From the NCBI GenBank assembly GCA_032127745.1, contig JAQBHL010000235.1, forward strand, positions 1,575-65,574: 64,000 bases of DNA, read 5' to 3'. This DNA is from Acidobacteriota bacterium. GTDB lineage: Bacteria > Acidobacteriota > Vicinamibacteria > Fen-336 > JAGNNV01. Each line of letters starts with the position of its first letter. Within the stretch, counting starts at the first letter, position 1. Of this stretch, positions 54,452 to 63,710 are shown one piece after another. Position numbers and translations under genes: made by a program. Under the pieces are notes generated by a model. It was not told the DNA's origin. It saw only the letters and a program-made list of their open reading frames with translations, and ran no database searches.

Positions 54452-55310
54452 CGTCAAACGAGTCGGGCTCCCGTCGTCGCTTCGTATGCGTCATGACCGT
54501 CATTTTGTCGATCAGCTTGGACGCGCCGCTGGTTCGCCGGTCGGCCAGTTCATCCCCATCGAGGACATCGACCCGAATCCGAATCAGCCACGGCAAAATG
54601 TTGGAGACCTTACGGAACTGACGGCATCCGTTCGTGAGAAGGGGGTCCTTGAGCCGATCCTGGTCCGTCGTAACGAGTCGAGGTTCGAGATCGTGGCCGG
54701 TGAGAGGCGCTATAGAGCGGCAATCGAGGCCGGCCTCCCGGAAATCCCCTGCGTGGTGAAGGAACTGACCGATCCAGAGGCGATGGAAATCGCTCTGATC
54801 GAGAACCTTCAGCGGAAGGACCTGACCGCCTTTGAGGAAGCGGATGGTCTGAAGGTCCTGGCTGACGCCCACGGCTACACTCACGAAATGATGGCCGAGA
54901 AGCTCGGGAGAAGCCGAACGACGGTGACGGAGACACTGACCCTTTCGTCGATGCCCGATAGGGTCCGCGAGCTATGTCGGCTGGCCGACATTTCATCTAA
55001 GTCCGTTCTTATTCAGATAGTTCGGCAGCAGACTCCCGAAAAGATGGTGGCGTTCGTCGACGCATTGCAGAAGGCCGGTGGGAGCCCTACCAGAGCCGAA
55101 GCCCGGCGCCTGATCAAGGCCGTTCCAGATCGCAAGAATCGGGCTAAGAACTTCATCTTCAACTACAAGACGGGTCGTGATCGGGGACTATCCCTTTCGT
55201 TGAAGTTCGGGCGCGCCGACGTTTCAAAGGCAGACGTTCTGGCCGCTCTCGAGGAGCTGCTGGGAGAAATTCGCTCGAAGGACCCGAAGACGATCGGAAC
55301 GCGCTCTTAA
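54444..55310 (+). CDS. parB: Chromosome partitioning protein ParB/Spo0J
   Basis: ParB box LEPILVRR...FEIVAGERRYRAA plus an HTH region. Confidence 0.9.
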   Translation: MSNVKRVGLPSSLRMRHDRHFVDQLGRAAGSPVGQFIPIEDIDPNPNQPRQNVGDLTELTASVREKGVLEPILVRRNESRFEIVAGERRYRAAIEAGLPEIPCVVKELTDPEAMEIALIENLQRKDLTAFEEADGLKVLADAHGYTHEMMAEKLGRSRTTVTETLTLSSMPDRVRELCRLADISSKSVLIQIVRQQTPEKMVAFVDALQKAGGSPTRAEARRLIKAVPDRKNRAKNFIFNYKTGRDRGLSLSLKFGRADVSKADVLAALEELLGEIRSKDPKTIGTRS

Positions 55311-55344
55311 GGGGCAACCTGCTCTCCGGCTTGGTCAACAAAGC

Positions 55345-57411
55345 CTACCTGCCGGCCAGGACCATCAGGCGGTCCGCCACTTCAGACACGAAGGCCCGGC
55401 CCGCGAAGGCCAGCCATCCGGCCGCGAAAGCCACCGCAACCGTCGGTCGATAGGCCCAGAAGCGTGTCCACAGGACACCCAGGGCGAGGGCCAGGAGCGG
55501 GGATACAAACTCAAGGTCCTTGAGGTGCTGGAATCCGTTCGGGCTCGGGAGGCCGGCGGCCAGCAGACTGATCCAGACGCAGACTCCGCCCCAGGCGAAA
55601 AGCAGATTGCGAGCGCCGCGGTCGGACTGACGCCACTGCATCCAGAATCCGATCAGGATGGCGATCGCGTATAGGCCGTTGAAGCGCCAGAGCCGGGATC
55701 CGAGTCGCGCGAATCCCCGCGCAGGATTGAGCGTCGGACCAGCGAAGGGATCGTCTGTCGGATCCTCGCCGGTGCCTCCGGCGAGGGCCGGGTTGGCGCG
55801 ACGCAGGTTGTCCAGACGATCCAGAACGCGGGATTCAGGCTGAGGCTCGTGACGAGCGACGTTTTCGAGGACGGGCAAGTACCGCCAGTAGAATGTTCCC
55901 GCCGCCGCCGCCAGAGCCAGACCGGCAAGGAGGGAGACCCCGACGACCGCCTTCAACCCACCTGGACGCCGCCAGATCACTTCGGCCACCAGCATTCCTG
56001 CGATCAGAAGTCCGAAATTCGCGATCGACTGGGTGTAGACGAGAAACCCTGCGAGCAGGGCCGCGCCGGTCAGGAGGACCCGCTGGCGCGATGGTGCGGA
56101 AGTTCGGATCAACCTCACCAGAAGCAGCAGGCCCAGAGCGTCGACAAGCTGCCCGGCGAGCCCCGGGAAATAGCCGAGGGCCATTCGCCGGACCAGAAGG
56201 GGCTGGAAGGCCACAAAGAAAGCGCCGGCAAGGCTCGCATTCGCGCCGAATTCCAGCAGAACACCCAGAGCGAAGGTGAGCGCAGGGATGAGTGACGCGG
56301 CGACGATTCCCATCGCCAGAGTGGCGTCCATGGCATCGAGACCAGACGCTCGCGATACTCCCTGTGCGAGTAGATAAGACCCGGGGGGATAGGGGAACGG
56401 ATACCAGTTTCCATCGATCTGCTGGAGCCCGAGGCTGCGAGCGTACTGGATCTCGAAGATCTGGTCCAAAAACCTCGCAAACCCCGAATTCTTCAGCGTT
56501 TGAAGGACCAGTGCGTGGACGCGGTAATCGGGATAGAAAGCCTGTGGATTCAGGAAGATGGAGCGAGAGACCACCATGGCGATGGTCAGGGCGATGAGAC
56601 CCAAACGGGAGTGCCTCGGTACCCGAAGCCCCCCGACCAGGCGCCCGATGGCCGCCCCGATCACAAGCGTCAGAACTAGCGCAGGCAGACCGCCACGGAG
56701 GATTCGTTCTCCGGCCACCGGATCACCGGCGAAGCTGAATCCGATCAAAGCCGCCAGAGCGACACCCATCCCCCAGACCACGGTTTGGCTGCCACCCGCC
56801 AGCAGGAGCGCCAGGGCCGGAAGAGCAATCGCAAGCGCGCCCCGAAGGGTGCTCTCCGGCGGCGCGGAAAAACCCTCGGGCGACCGGATCTCTATCCAGT
56901 CGACCGCCACGCCCAGGGGACGAGAGTTCTCCACGATGGATTCAAGTAACACCGTAGCATTTGATGTACAAGCAACCTTTAGAAAATGAAATTCAATGAG
57001 TTCATAAGGACTCTCCAACCCCGCGCTTACCGTTCGCTGCCCAACGACCGCTCCGGAGATAGAGGCGCTGAGGAGGGCCGGATCCACGAAGTGTCTTCGC
57101 AGTCGAAGCCGTAGGGACCCCGGGCCGCAAAAACGCACCGGCAACATGACGGAAGACGAGGGAACGGAACTCCAGCGAAAATAGATGTCGCCATCGCGTT
57201 CCACATCCCGGAAGCCTCGTGCGTAGGCGCCGTCGGTGGGACCGAGGTCCACCACCGCCGACTTCGCGAGGGCATGGCCTGCGACCACGGCCAGCGCGCC
57301 CATCCCGCCCATGACGAGCGGCAGCAGCAGTATGAGGCGAACGCGCGAGCCCGGCTTCAGGCCTGCCGCGGGTTCTGGCGGCGCACTCGCCTCGATCGAG
57401 TCCAGGTTCAC
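55345..57411 (-). CDS. Large polytopic membrane protein with N-terminal extracytoplasmic domain (possible GT-C-type glycosyltransferase; family not recognised)
   Basis: 688 aa: one TM segment, a ~170-aa soluble domain and then at least 12 hydrophobic segments. It is divergent from the lipid cluster with a ~50-bp spacer. Confidence 0.45.
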   Translation of the reverse strand: MNLDSIEASAPPEPAAGLKPGSRVRLILLLPLVMGGMGALAVVAGHALAKSAVVDLGPTDGAYARGFRDVERDGDIYFRWSSVPSSSVMLPVRFCGPGSLRLRLRRHFVDPALLSASISGAVVGQRTVSAGLESPYELIEFHFLKVACTSNATVLLESIVENSRPLGVAVDWIEIRSPEGFSAPPESTLRGALAIALPALALLLAGGSQTVVWGMGVALAALIGFSFAGDPVAGERILRGGLPALVLTLVIGAAIGRLVGGLRVPRHSRLGLIALTIAMVVSRSIFLNPQAFYPDYRVHALVLQTLKNSGFARFLDQIFEIQYARSLGLQQIDGNWYPFPYPPGSYLLAQGVSRASGLDAMDATLAMGIVAASLIPALTFALGVLLEFGANASLAGAFFVAFQPLLVRRMALGYFPGLAGQLVDALGLLLLVRLIRTSAPSRQRVLLTGAALLAGFLVYTQSIANFGLLIAGMLVAEVIWRRPGGLKAVVGVSLLAGLALAAAAGTFYWRYLPVLENVARHEPQPESRVLDRLDNLRRANPALAGGTGEDPTDDPFAGPTLNPARGFARLGSRLWRFNGLYAIAILIGFWMQWRQSDRGARNLLFAWGGVCVWISLLAAGLPSPNGFQHLKDLEFVSPLLALALGVLWTRFWAYRPTVAVAFAAGWLAFAGRAFVSEVADRLMVLAGR

Positions 57412-57460
57412 TGCGCGGACGTTATGCTCCGTGGTGAGCGAGGGTCAAGAACCGAGGCAA

Positions 57461-58228
57461 ATGACGGCGAAACTGGCGATGGTGACCGGGGCCTCCTCCG
57501 GGATCGGCGAGGCCTTCGCGCGGGAGCTCTCGGCGCGAGGGTTCGCGTTGATACTGGTGGCTCGAAGGCGGGACCGGCTGGAGGACCTCCGGGCCCAACT
57601 GGTCCCGGCCAGAGTGGATACCCTGATCGCCGACCTGGCCACGGACGAAGGTGTGGTGGCGGTCTCGAGACGGCTCGAACTCGGCGGCGTGAAGCTCCTC
57701 GTCAACAACGCGGGCCTGGGTTACCGCGGCCCGATTGCCTCTCAGGCCGACTCGAACATCGTTCGACTGGTTCGAGTCAACCTGGAGGCGCCCATGCGCC
57801 TCTCTCGCGCGGCTCTTGGCCCCATGATCTCGGCTCGAAGCGGGGACATCATCAATGTGGTTTCCATGAGCGCGTTCCAGCCCGTGCCCTACCTGAGTGT
57901 TTACGCGGCAGCCAAGGCCGGGCTGCTCTCGTTCACCGAGGCTCTGGCCGACGAAGTGAGCGGAACCGGGGTCCGGATTCAGGCCCTGTGTCCCGGGAAC
58001 ATTCCGACCGGATTCCAGGAGGTCGCGGGCACCCGAGGGAGTCGCTTCGACCGGACGCCCTCCATGACCGCCACCTCGGTGGCCCGAAGCTCCTTGGATG
58101 CCGCCCTGGGCGATTCCCGGACCCTGCATCTGCCGGGAAGGCTCGACCGGCTTTCCCTGTTAGCCCAGAGGTTCCTGCCGAGGTCCGTCGCCCGGCGCGT
58201 GGCCGGAAGCCTCCTCAAGCCCGACTGA
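57461..58228 (+). CDS. Classical short-chain dehydrogenase/reductase
   Basis: TGASSGIGEAFA, NNAG and the catalytic YAAAK. The start is trimmed to MTAKLAMVTG. Confidence 0.85.
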   Translation: MTAKLAMVTGASSGIGEAFARELSARGFALILVARRRDRLEDLRAQLVPARVDTLIADLATDEGVVAVSRRLELGGVKLLVNNAGLGYRGPIASQADSNIVRLVRVNLEAPMRLSRAALGPMISARSGDIINVVSMSAFQPVPYLSVYAAAKAGLLSFTEALADEVSGTGVRIQALCPGNIPTGFQEVAGTRGSRFDRTPSMTATSVARSSLDAALGDSRTLHLPGRLDRLSLLAQRFLPRSVARRVAGSLLKPD

Positions 58229-58336
58229 TTCGCAGGCGTCGGCACCCCGGCGCCCCGGCACCCCGATCGAGACAGACGCAAGGCCCCCTGATATTATTCA
58301 GCCTCACCGCCGAACTATTCGACGAGGAACACCACC

Positions 58337-59608
58337 ATGCCCCCAGAATCCCACCCCGGAGCCAGTTTCGCGGAATACGACTATTCCAACTTTTACTACG
58401 GGGCCGGCGACGATCCCCTGAATCTGCTCGGGCCCTTCTCCGAGTGGTACCGGGAAGCCCTGCCGAACGGCTACTACCTGTATTCCGAGCCCCTCCAGGG
58501 TGCGCCCGAGACCCGAGTCAGAGTCCGGAATCGCAAGACCGGCCGGATCCATGACCTCATCAATATGGCGTCGTACAACTATCTGGGCATCTCCTATCGC
58601 CCGGAAGTCAAGGAAGCCGCCATCAAGGCGGTCGAGAAGTACGGTCTGGGGGCGTCTGGTTCGCCGATCCTGTCCGGGACTTTCGACATCCACGAGGAGT
58701 TCAGCGCCGAACTCGCGCGCTTCAAGGGCAAGGAAGCGGTGGTGGTATTCCCGACCGGCTACAGCGCCAACGTCGGTTTTATCTCCGGCCTGATGCGCGC
58801 GGGCGACTCCATCATCCTCGACCAGTACTCCCACGCCTCCGTGGTTGACGGCGCGATCCTGGCCAAGTCGAACACGGTGTTCTTCCGCCACAACAATCCC
58901 CTCGACCTGGAGCGGAAGCTCGGAAAGACCAGGGGGAAGAAGCTGGTGGTCGTCGAGGGCGTCTATTCGATGGACGGCGACATCTGCACTCTTCCCGAAC
59001 TGCTGGAAGTGGCCAAGCGCCACGGCGCGCGCGTGCTGATCGACGAAGCGCACTCGACGTTCCTGTTTGGTCCCACCGGCAAGGGGGTGGCGGAGCATTT
59101 TGGCCTCGATGATGAGGTTGATTTCCATCTCGGCACCTTCTCGAAGAGCCTGGGCGGGCAGGGCGGTTTCGTTGCGGGCAGCCGCAGGCTGATCGACTAC
59201 ATCAACGCCTTCGGCCGGTCCCGCTTCTTCTCGTGCAACCTTTCGCCCGTCCTCGTGGCCGGCCTGCTGGCCGGGATCCGGATCGTGCAGAAGGAGCCCG
59301 AGCTGCGGCAGAAACTGTGGTCGAACGTGGCCTTCCTCCGGCGTCGCTTCGCCGAGGAGGGTGTGGATATCGGCAAGTCCAATTCGCAGGTGATGCCGGT
59401 GATGGTCAACAACGACGCCCGCGTTTTCGCGGTCGCCGAGAAGATCCAGGACCGCGGGCTTTTCCTGCAGCCGGTGACCTATCCGGCAGTGCCCAAGCAC
59501 AAGTCGCGGTTGCGTATCTCGGTGTCGGCCGCCCACACTGAAGAGGATCTCGAGACCGCCGTGCGCGTGATCGCGTCCGTCTTGCGCGAAGAGCGTGTAT
59601 GTCCCTAA
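58337..59608 (+). CDS. PLP-dependent alpha-oxoamine synthase, serine-palmitoyltransferase-like
   Basis: INMASYNYLGIS, SMDGD, IDEAHS and the PLP lysine in GTFSKSLGG. The long N-terminal extension is atypical for BioF/Kbl. Confidence 0.75.
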   Translation: MPPESHPGASFAEYDYSNFYYGAGDDPLNLLGPFSEWYREALPNGYYLYSEPLQGAPETRVRVRNRKTGRIHDLINMASYNYLGISYRPEVKEAAIKAVEKYGLGASGSPILSGTFDIHEEFSAELARFKGKEAVVVFPTGYSANVGFISGLMRAGDSIILDQYSHASVVDGAILAKSNTVFFRHNNPLDLERKLGKTRGKKLVVVEGVYSMDGDICTLPELLEVAKRHGARVLIDEAHSTFLFGPTGKGVAEHFGLDDEVDFHLGTFSKSLGGQGGFVAGSRRLIDYINAFGRSRFFSCNLSPVLVAGLLAGIRIVQKEPELRQKLWSNVAFLRRRFAEEGVDIGKSNSQVMPVMVNNDARVFAVAEKIQDRGLFLQPVTYPAVPKHKSRLRISVSAAHTEEDLETAVRVIASVLREERVCP

Positions 59609-60267
59609 CCATCTATGGGTATCGGGACGCGATGAGCGCGTTCTTCGAGTTTCCCACCGAGAACGCCCGCGAAATCCTTCCCGATCACCTGGAGCCGGTC
59701 GAGGTTCATCACGGAACCAGCATCTTCGCCATGACCGCCTTCGACTTCAACGAGAGTTCGGTGGGTGAGTATGGTGAAGTCGTAATGGCCGTGATCGTTT
59801 CTCCGCTTGTAAAGCCGGGGGAGCGGCTCCCGAAATCGGCGATGTACCCGTATCTGGTGGCCACCACCACGAAGGCCGCGCGCGACCACGCCATCGAGCG
59901 CTGGCACCTGCCGCATTTCATGGAGGACGTCCAGATCGAGTTCGATCGCTCGGTTCCGAACCTGGGCATAGCCAGGGTGAAGGACGAGGCGGGCGCCCCC
60001 ATCGCGGACCTGACCATCGCCGCGCATACCTTCGCGCCCGTTAACCACCTGTATCAGTCCTTCATGAGCGATGACTCCGGGAAATACCTGGCCAGCATCA
60101 TCATGGAAGGCGACCAGAGCGAGCACGAAGACGAGAAGGGTTCCATCGTGCTCCATGACCACGAGTTCAACAAGGCGCTGAGCATCGAGGACGTCTACGA
60201 AACCCCTTTTCGCGAGTTGTGGATGCGAAGCGGACGGCAGACCTTCGATCCGTTGAAGACGCTCTAG
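59599..60267 (+). CDS. Hypothetical protein (possibly acetoacetate-decarboxylase-like beta-cone fold; unverified)
   Basis: 222 aa, overlapping the upstream stop by 10 nt, which suggests translational coupling inside the lipid cluster. Confidence 0.4.
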   Translation: MSLTIYGYRDAMSAFFEFPTENAREILPDHLEPVEVHHGTSIFAMTAFDFNESSVGEYGEVVMAVIVSPLVKPGERLPKSAMYPYLVATTTKAARDHAIERWHLPHFMEDVQIEFDRSVPNLGIARVKDEAGAPIADLTIAAHTFAPVNHLYQSFMSDDSGKYLASIIMEGDQSEHEDEKGSIVLHDHEFNKALSIEDVYETPFRELWMRSGRQTFDPLKTL

Positions 60268-60318
60268 GCGGCGCTCGTTCGGGGCCGGGCGGACGAATCA
60301 AGCCAAGCAGGATTCAAA

Positions 60319-61203
60319 ATGCCTCGCACCTTCGTCATCCTCAACCCGAATTCCGGCAAGGGCCGGGGTCTTCGTCTGGAGCCGCAAATCCGCGAGGTGT
60401 TCTCACGGCAGGGCGCCGGATTCGGTGTGACCAGGGGTCCGGGCGACGAGGAGCGACTCGCCCGCGCGGCCATCAAGGACGGTTTCGACCGGATCGTGGC
60501 CGTGGGCGGCGACGGAACCACCTCGAACGTCGGTCACGCCATCCTCGAGTCAGGCCAGAGCGTATCCCTTGGCATCGTCCCCGGTGGAACCGGCTGCGAC
60601 CTTGCCCGCAGCCTCGACATCCCTCAGAACGACCTGAGGCGCTGCGCGGAGATCGTGGCCGCGGGGAAGACGCGCTCCATCGACGTGGGCCGGGTCGAAG
60701 ATCGCCACTTCGTCAACATCGCCGGATTCGGCTTCGACATCGCGGTGCTGGAGCGCTCCTTTCGGGTCCGTTGGCTGCGCGGTGAACTTCTCTACCTCTA
60801 TTGCGCCCTGCTGGAGATGAAGGCCTACCCCGGCTTCGCCCTCACCAGCCTCCTCGATGGGAAGCCCGGACCCTCCGGGACCCACATGATGGTGATCGTC
60901 GCCAACGCGAAGAAGTTCGGCGGGGGATTCGCGATCGCGCCCCAGGCCTCCCTCGATGACGGCGAACTCGATATCGTGACCTTCGGGGACCTGGGATTCT
61001 TCGCCCGGCTCAAGGCCATGAGCGCCCTCATGAAGGGCCGGCACACCGACCTGCCGGACATCGCCGTCACGCGAGCCCGCCGCGCGGTGTTCGAGTTCGA
61101 CCGCCCTCCCTCCTTCGAAACGGACGGCGAATGGCGGCAGGCGCGAGGGACATCGCTGGTCATCGAGACCTTCCCTCGAGCCTTGAGCGTCCTGGTGCCC
61201 TGA
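60319..61203 (+). CDS. DAGK-catalytic-domain lipid kinase (YegS/BmrU/ceramide-kinase-like)
   Basis: FVILNPNSGKGRG and VAVGGDGTTSNV, with the C-terminal beta-sandwich typical of the family. Confidence 0.8.
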   Translation: MPRTFVILNPNSGKGRGLRLEPQIREVFSRQGAGFGVTRGPGDEERLARAAIKDGFDRIVAVGGDGTTSNVGHAILESGQSVSLGIVPGGTGCDLARSLDIPQNDLRRCAEIVAAGKTRSIDVGRVEDRHFVNIAGFGFDIAVLERSFRVRWLRGELLYLYCALLEMKAYPGFALTSLLDGKPGPSGTHMMVIVANAKKFGGGFAIAPQASLDDGELDIVTFGDLGFFARLKAMSALMKGRHTDLPDIAVTRARRAVFEFDRPPSFETDGEWRQARGTSLVIETFPRALSVLVP

Positions 61204-61976
61204 TGGCCATCATCCGCGCCCTGCGCAGTCTCATGGGGGTGCTGGCTTGTCTGCTCTTGCTCGGAGTGGTGGCGCCCGTTTGCCTGTATCTCGTGGTCAT
61301 TCCCGGGGGGGCTCTCCGGCCTCGTCGCCGGCAGGCACTCGGCGTCTTGTGGGCGAGCGCTATCGCGCGCCTTCTGGTGCGCCTCTTCCGAGCCGGCGGG
61401 GCCACGTTCCGGATCGAAGGTGAGATTGACTGCGGCCAGCCTGGCATGGTGATCATGAATCATCAGTCGGTCCTTGAAATCGCGCCCTTGATCCACATTC
61501 TCACCCCGCGATTACCTCGGTTCGTGGCCCGCGCGCGCTACGCCCGGTGGATCCCGACGGTCTCGCGGGCTATCTGGTATCTGGACTGCATCGTGATCGA
61601 TCCAAAGCGGGATCGGGCCGGGGCCGTGCTCGCCCTCCAGAGGGCGGCGGAGGCGGGGGTCCATCACGCGGTGATGCTTTTCCCGGAGGGACATCGCACG
61701 AGGGACGGCGAGATCGCGCCCTTCCGACCCGCCGGAGCCATCGCTCTCCTTAACGGCCGTCAGATGCCGGTATGGACGATCGTCGTCGACGGATTCTGGG
61801 AGCTGCGCCGCGTGGTCGATACGCTCTTCGGCCTGGGGTCGGTGAAGGGACGCCTGAAGGTGGTGGAGCGCGTCACGTCACCGGAGAATCCGGAGGACCT
61901 TCCGGCCTTTATCGAAGAGCGCCGCCAGAACATGATCCGTGAGCTCGCGAAGATGCGGGCCGAGGCTTCGCACTGA
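61203..61976 (+). CDS. PlsC-type lysophospholipid acyltransferase
   Basis: N-terminal TM segment, an HX4(D/E) variant NHQSVLE and FPEGHRTRDG. The start overlaps the kinase stop (TGATG). Confidence 0.75.
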   Translation: MAIIRALRSLMGVLACLLLLGVVAPVCLYLVVIPGGALRPRRRQALGVLWASAIARLLVRLFRAGGATFRIEGEIDCGQPGMVIMNHQSVLEIAPLIHILTPRLPRFVARARYARWIPTVSRAIWYLDCIVIDPKRDRAGAVLALQRAAEAGVHHAVMLFPEGHRTRDGEIAPFRPAGAIALLNGRQMPVWTIVVDGFWELRRVVDTLFGLGSVKGRLKVVERVTSPENPEDLPAFIEERRQNMIRELAKMRAEASH

Positions 61977-61999
61977 ACCCGCGAGAGAACGACGACCGC

Positions 62000-62929
62000 G
62001 TGCTTGACCGGCGCGGAATCGAACTCCGAGAGGAGATCGCTGCGGCCTCGGAAGGGACGCTGGGCGCGGCGATCTTCTTTGGCTCCCGGAGTTCCGGTGT
62101 GGTCACCACGGCGGCCAGCGCCTACGATCTGGTTCTCGTCTGCGATGAGCCGGGGCGCTTCTATCGGTCGGTCCATCACGCCGGCCTGCTTAGGAGAAAC
62201 CCGAGGATCCTGGCCGTCCTAGACGGGATCCTGGCGCCGACCCAGGTGCGACTGGCTCGCGACCCCTGGTTGGTCAAGGCGTCAGTGATTTCGACCCAGA
62301 CCCTCCTGCGGGCGACCTCGACCAGACGGCCCGACCAGTTCATGGCCGGACGGCTCTTTCAGGACGTTCACGTCGTTTGGGCGAGGGACGCATCGGCCGC
62401 GGACCAGGCGAGATCGGCTATCGACTCGGCTCGCCGGGTGACCCTGGACTGGGTATCGCCCGATCTGCCCGCTCGCTTCGACCCGTCCGACTATGTCAGG
62501 CAGTTGTTCCGAACCTCGTTCCGCTTCGAGGTCCGGCCCGAGACGCGCGGACGGGCGGACGCCCTGTTTGCCGCTCAATCCGACTATCTCGTGCCGCTGT
62601 TCGCGGGCGTGCTAGCTCTGCTCGCCGCCGAGCGCCGGCTCAACGCGCATCCGGACGGGACGTTCTCGCTCCCTGCGCCGGTCCGAGCAGGGCCGCGGCT
62701 GCGCCGGCGTCTCTTCCTCGAGTGGTCCAGAGTCCGGGCCATTGCCCGATGGCCAAAGCACGCGATCACCTTCGACGGCTGGCTCGACTACATCCTCAGA
62801 AAGGCGGAACGCCATTCGGGCGAGACCATCGTCCTGAGCCCGCTCGAACGTCGATTCCCCTTCATTTTCATATGGCCTCGGGCCTTTCGGTTTCTGGGCC
62901 GGCAGCGGCGCAAGGGAAGACCGTTATAA
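62000..62929 (+). CDS. Tam41/Mmp37-like putative nucleotidyltransferase (candidate CDP-diacylglycerol-type synthase)
   Basis: An NTase-like start AAIFFGSRSSGV...AYDLVLVCD and FMAGRLFQDVHVVW resemble the Tam41 blocks (YGSGVF, DFIF, LYLAGRLxKPV). The call rests on pattern memory only. Confidence 0.4.
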   Translation: MLDRRGIELREEIAAASEGTLGAAIFFGSRSSGVVTTAASAYDLVLVCDEPGRFYRSVHHAGLLRRNPRILAVLDGILAPTQVRLARDPWLVKASVISTQTLLRATSTRRPDQFMAGRLFQDVHVVWARDASAADQARSAIDSARRVTLDWVSPDLPARFDPSDYVRQLFRTSFRFEVRPETRGRADALFAAQSDYLVPLFAGVLALLAAERRLNAHPDGTFSLPAPVRAGPRLRRRLFLEWSRVRAIARWPKHAITFDGWLDYILRKAERHSGETIVLSPLERRFPFIFIWPRAFRFLGRQRRKGRPL

Positions 62930-62945
62930 GGTCCCGCAGGCATTC

Positions 62946-63710
62946 ATGCATTCCTCTCTTCGCAACGCCCTGATGTTCCTCGGGCTGGCTTTCGCTTCCA
63001 TGGTCGTCTACGCCGCCTTCGGCCGGAAACAGGACCAGGACGCGAAGGACAAGGGCACCCAGTTCGTCATGGGCCTCGGCAACTTTCTGGTCCACTGGTT
63101 TATGTGGGCGATCGGCCCGATCGAAAGGGTGAGCCTGGCCCTCAAGCTGACCCCGGACTTCTTCAACTGGCTGGGACTGTTCCTGGGCGGGGTGGCGGGG
63201 ATCCTCTTCGCCCTCAACCATCTGGGCTGGGGAGGGGTCGTGATTCTCCTCGGCGGGATCTGCGATGTCATGGACGGTCGGATGGCGCGCTCGATGAAGG
63301 TCGTTTCGTCCTACGGCGCCTTCATCGATTCCACGCTCGACCGGTTCGTGGAGGTATTCGCTTTTCTGGGCCTCGTCTTTTTTTTCCGCGGGCACGCCTG
63401 GGGACCGCTTCTGGCCGCGACCGCCATCACCGGCTCGCTGCTCGTGAGCTACACCCGCGCCCGGGGCGAGTCCCAGGGCGTGCTTTGCAGGGAAGGCCTG
63501 ATGCAACGGGCCGAGCGCATCGCACTCCTCGTCTTCGCGGTCTTCTTCGATGGTCCGATCACCCTGACCTTCGGCCTCGAGGGCGGCTCGGTGGTGCTGG
63601 TGGTTCTGGCCGTCATTTCGCTCGGCACCTTCGCCACCGCCTTCCACCGCACGCTCTGGATCGGAACGCGCCTGCGCGAGCGCGATCAGGCGCCGCCGCC
63701 GACTCGGTGA
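62946..63710 (+). CDS. CDP-alcohol phosphatidyltransferase family protein
   Basis: The motif D(x)2DG(x)2AR(x)8G(x)3D(x)3D reads CDVMDGRMARSMKVVSSYGAFIDSTLDRFVE. The protein has multiple TM segments. Confidence 0.85.
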   Translation: MHSSLRNALMFLGLAFASMVVYAAFGRKQDQDAKDKGTQFVMGLGNFLVHWFMWAIGPIERVSLALKLTPDFFNWLGLFLGGVAGILFALNHLGWGGVVILLGGICDVMDGRMARSMKVVSSYGAFIDSTLDRFVEVFAFLGLVFFFRGHAWGPLLAATAITGSLLVSYTRARGESQGVLCREGLMQRAERIALLVFAVFFDGPITLTFGLEGGSVVLVVLAVISLGTFATAFHRTLWIGTRLRERDQAPPPTR

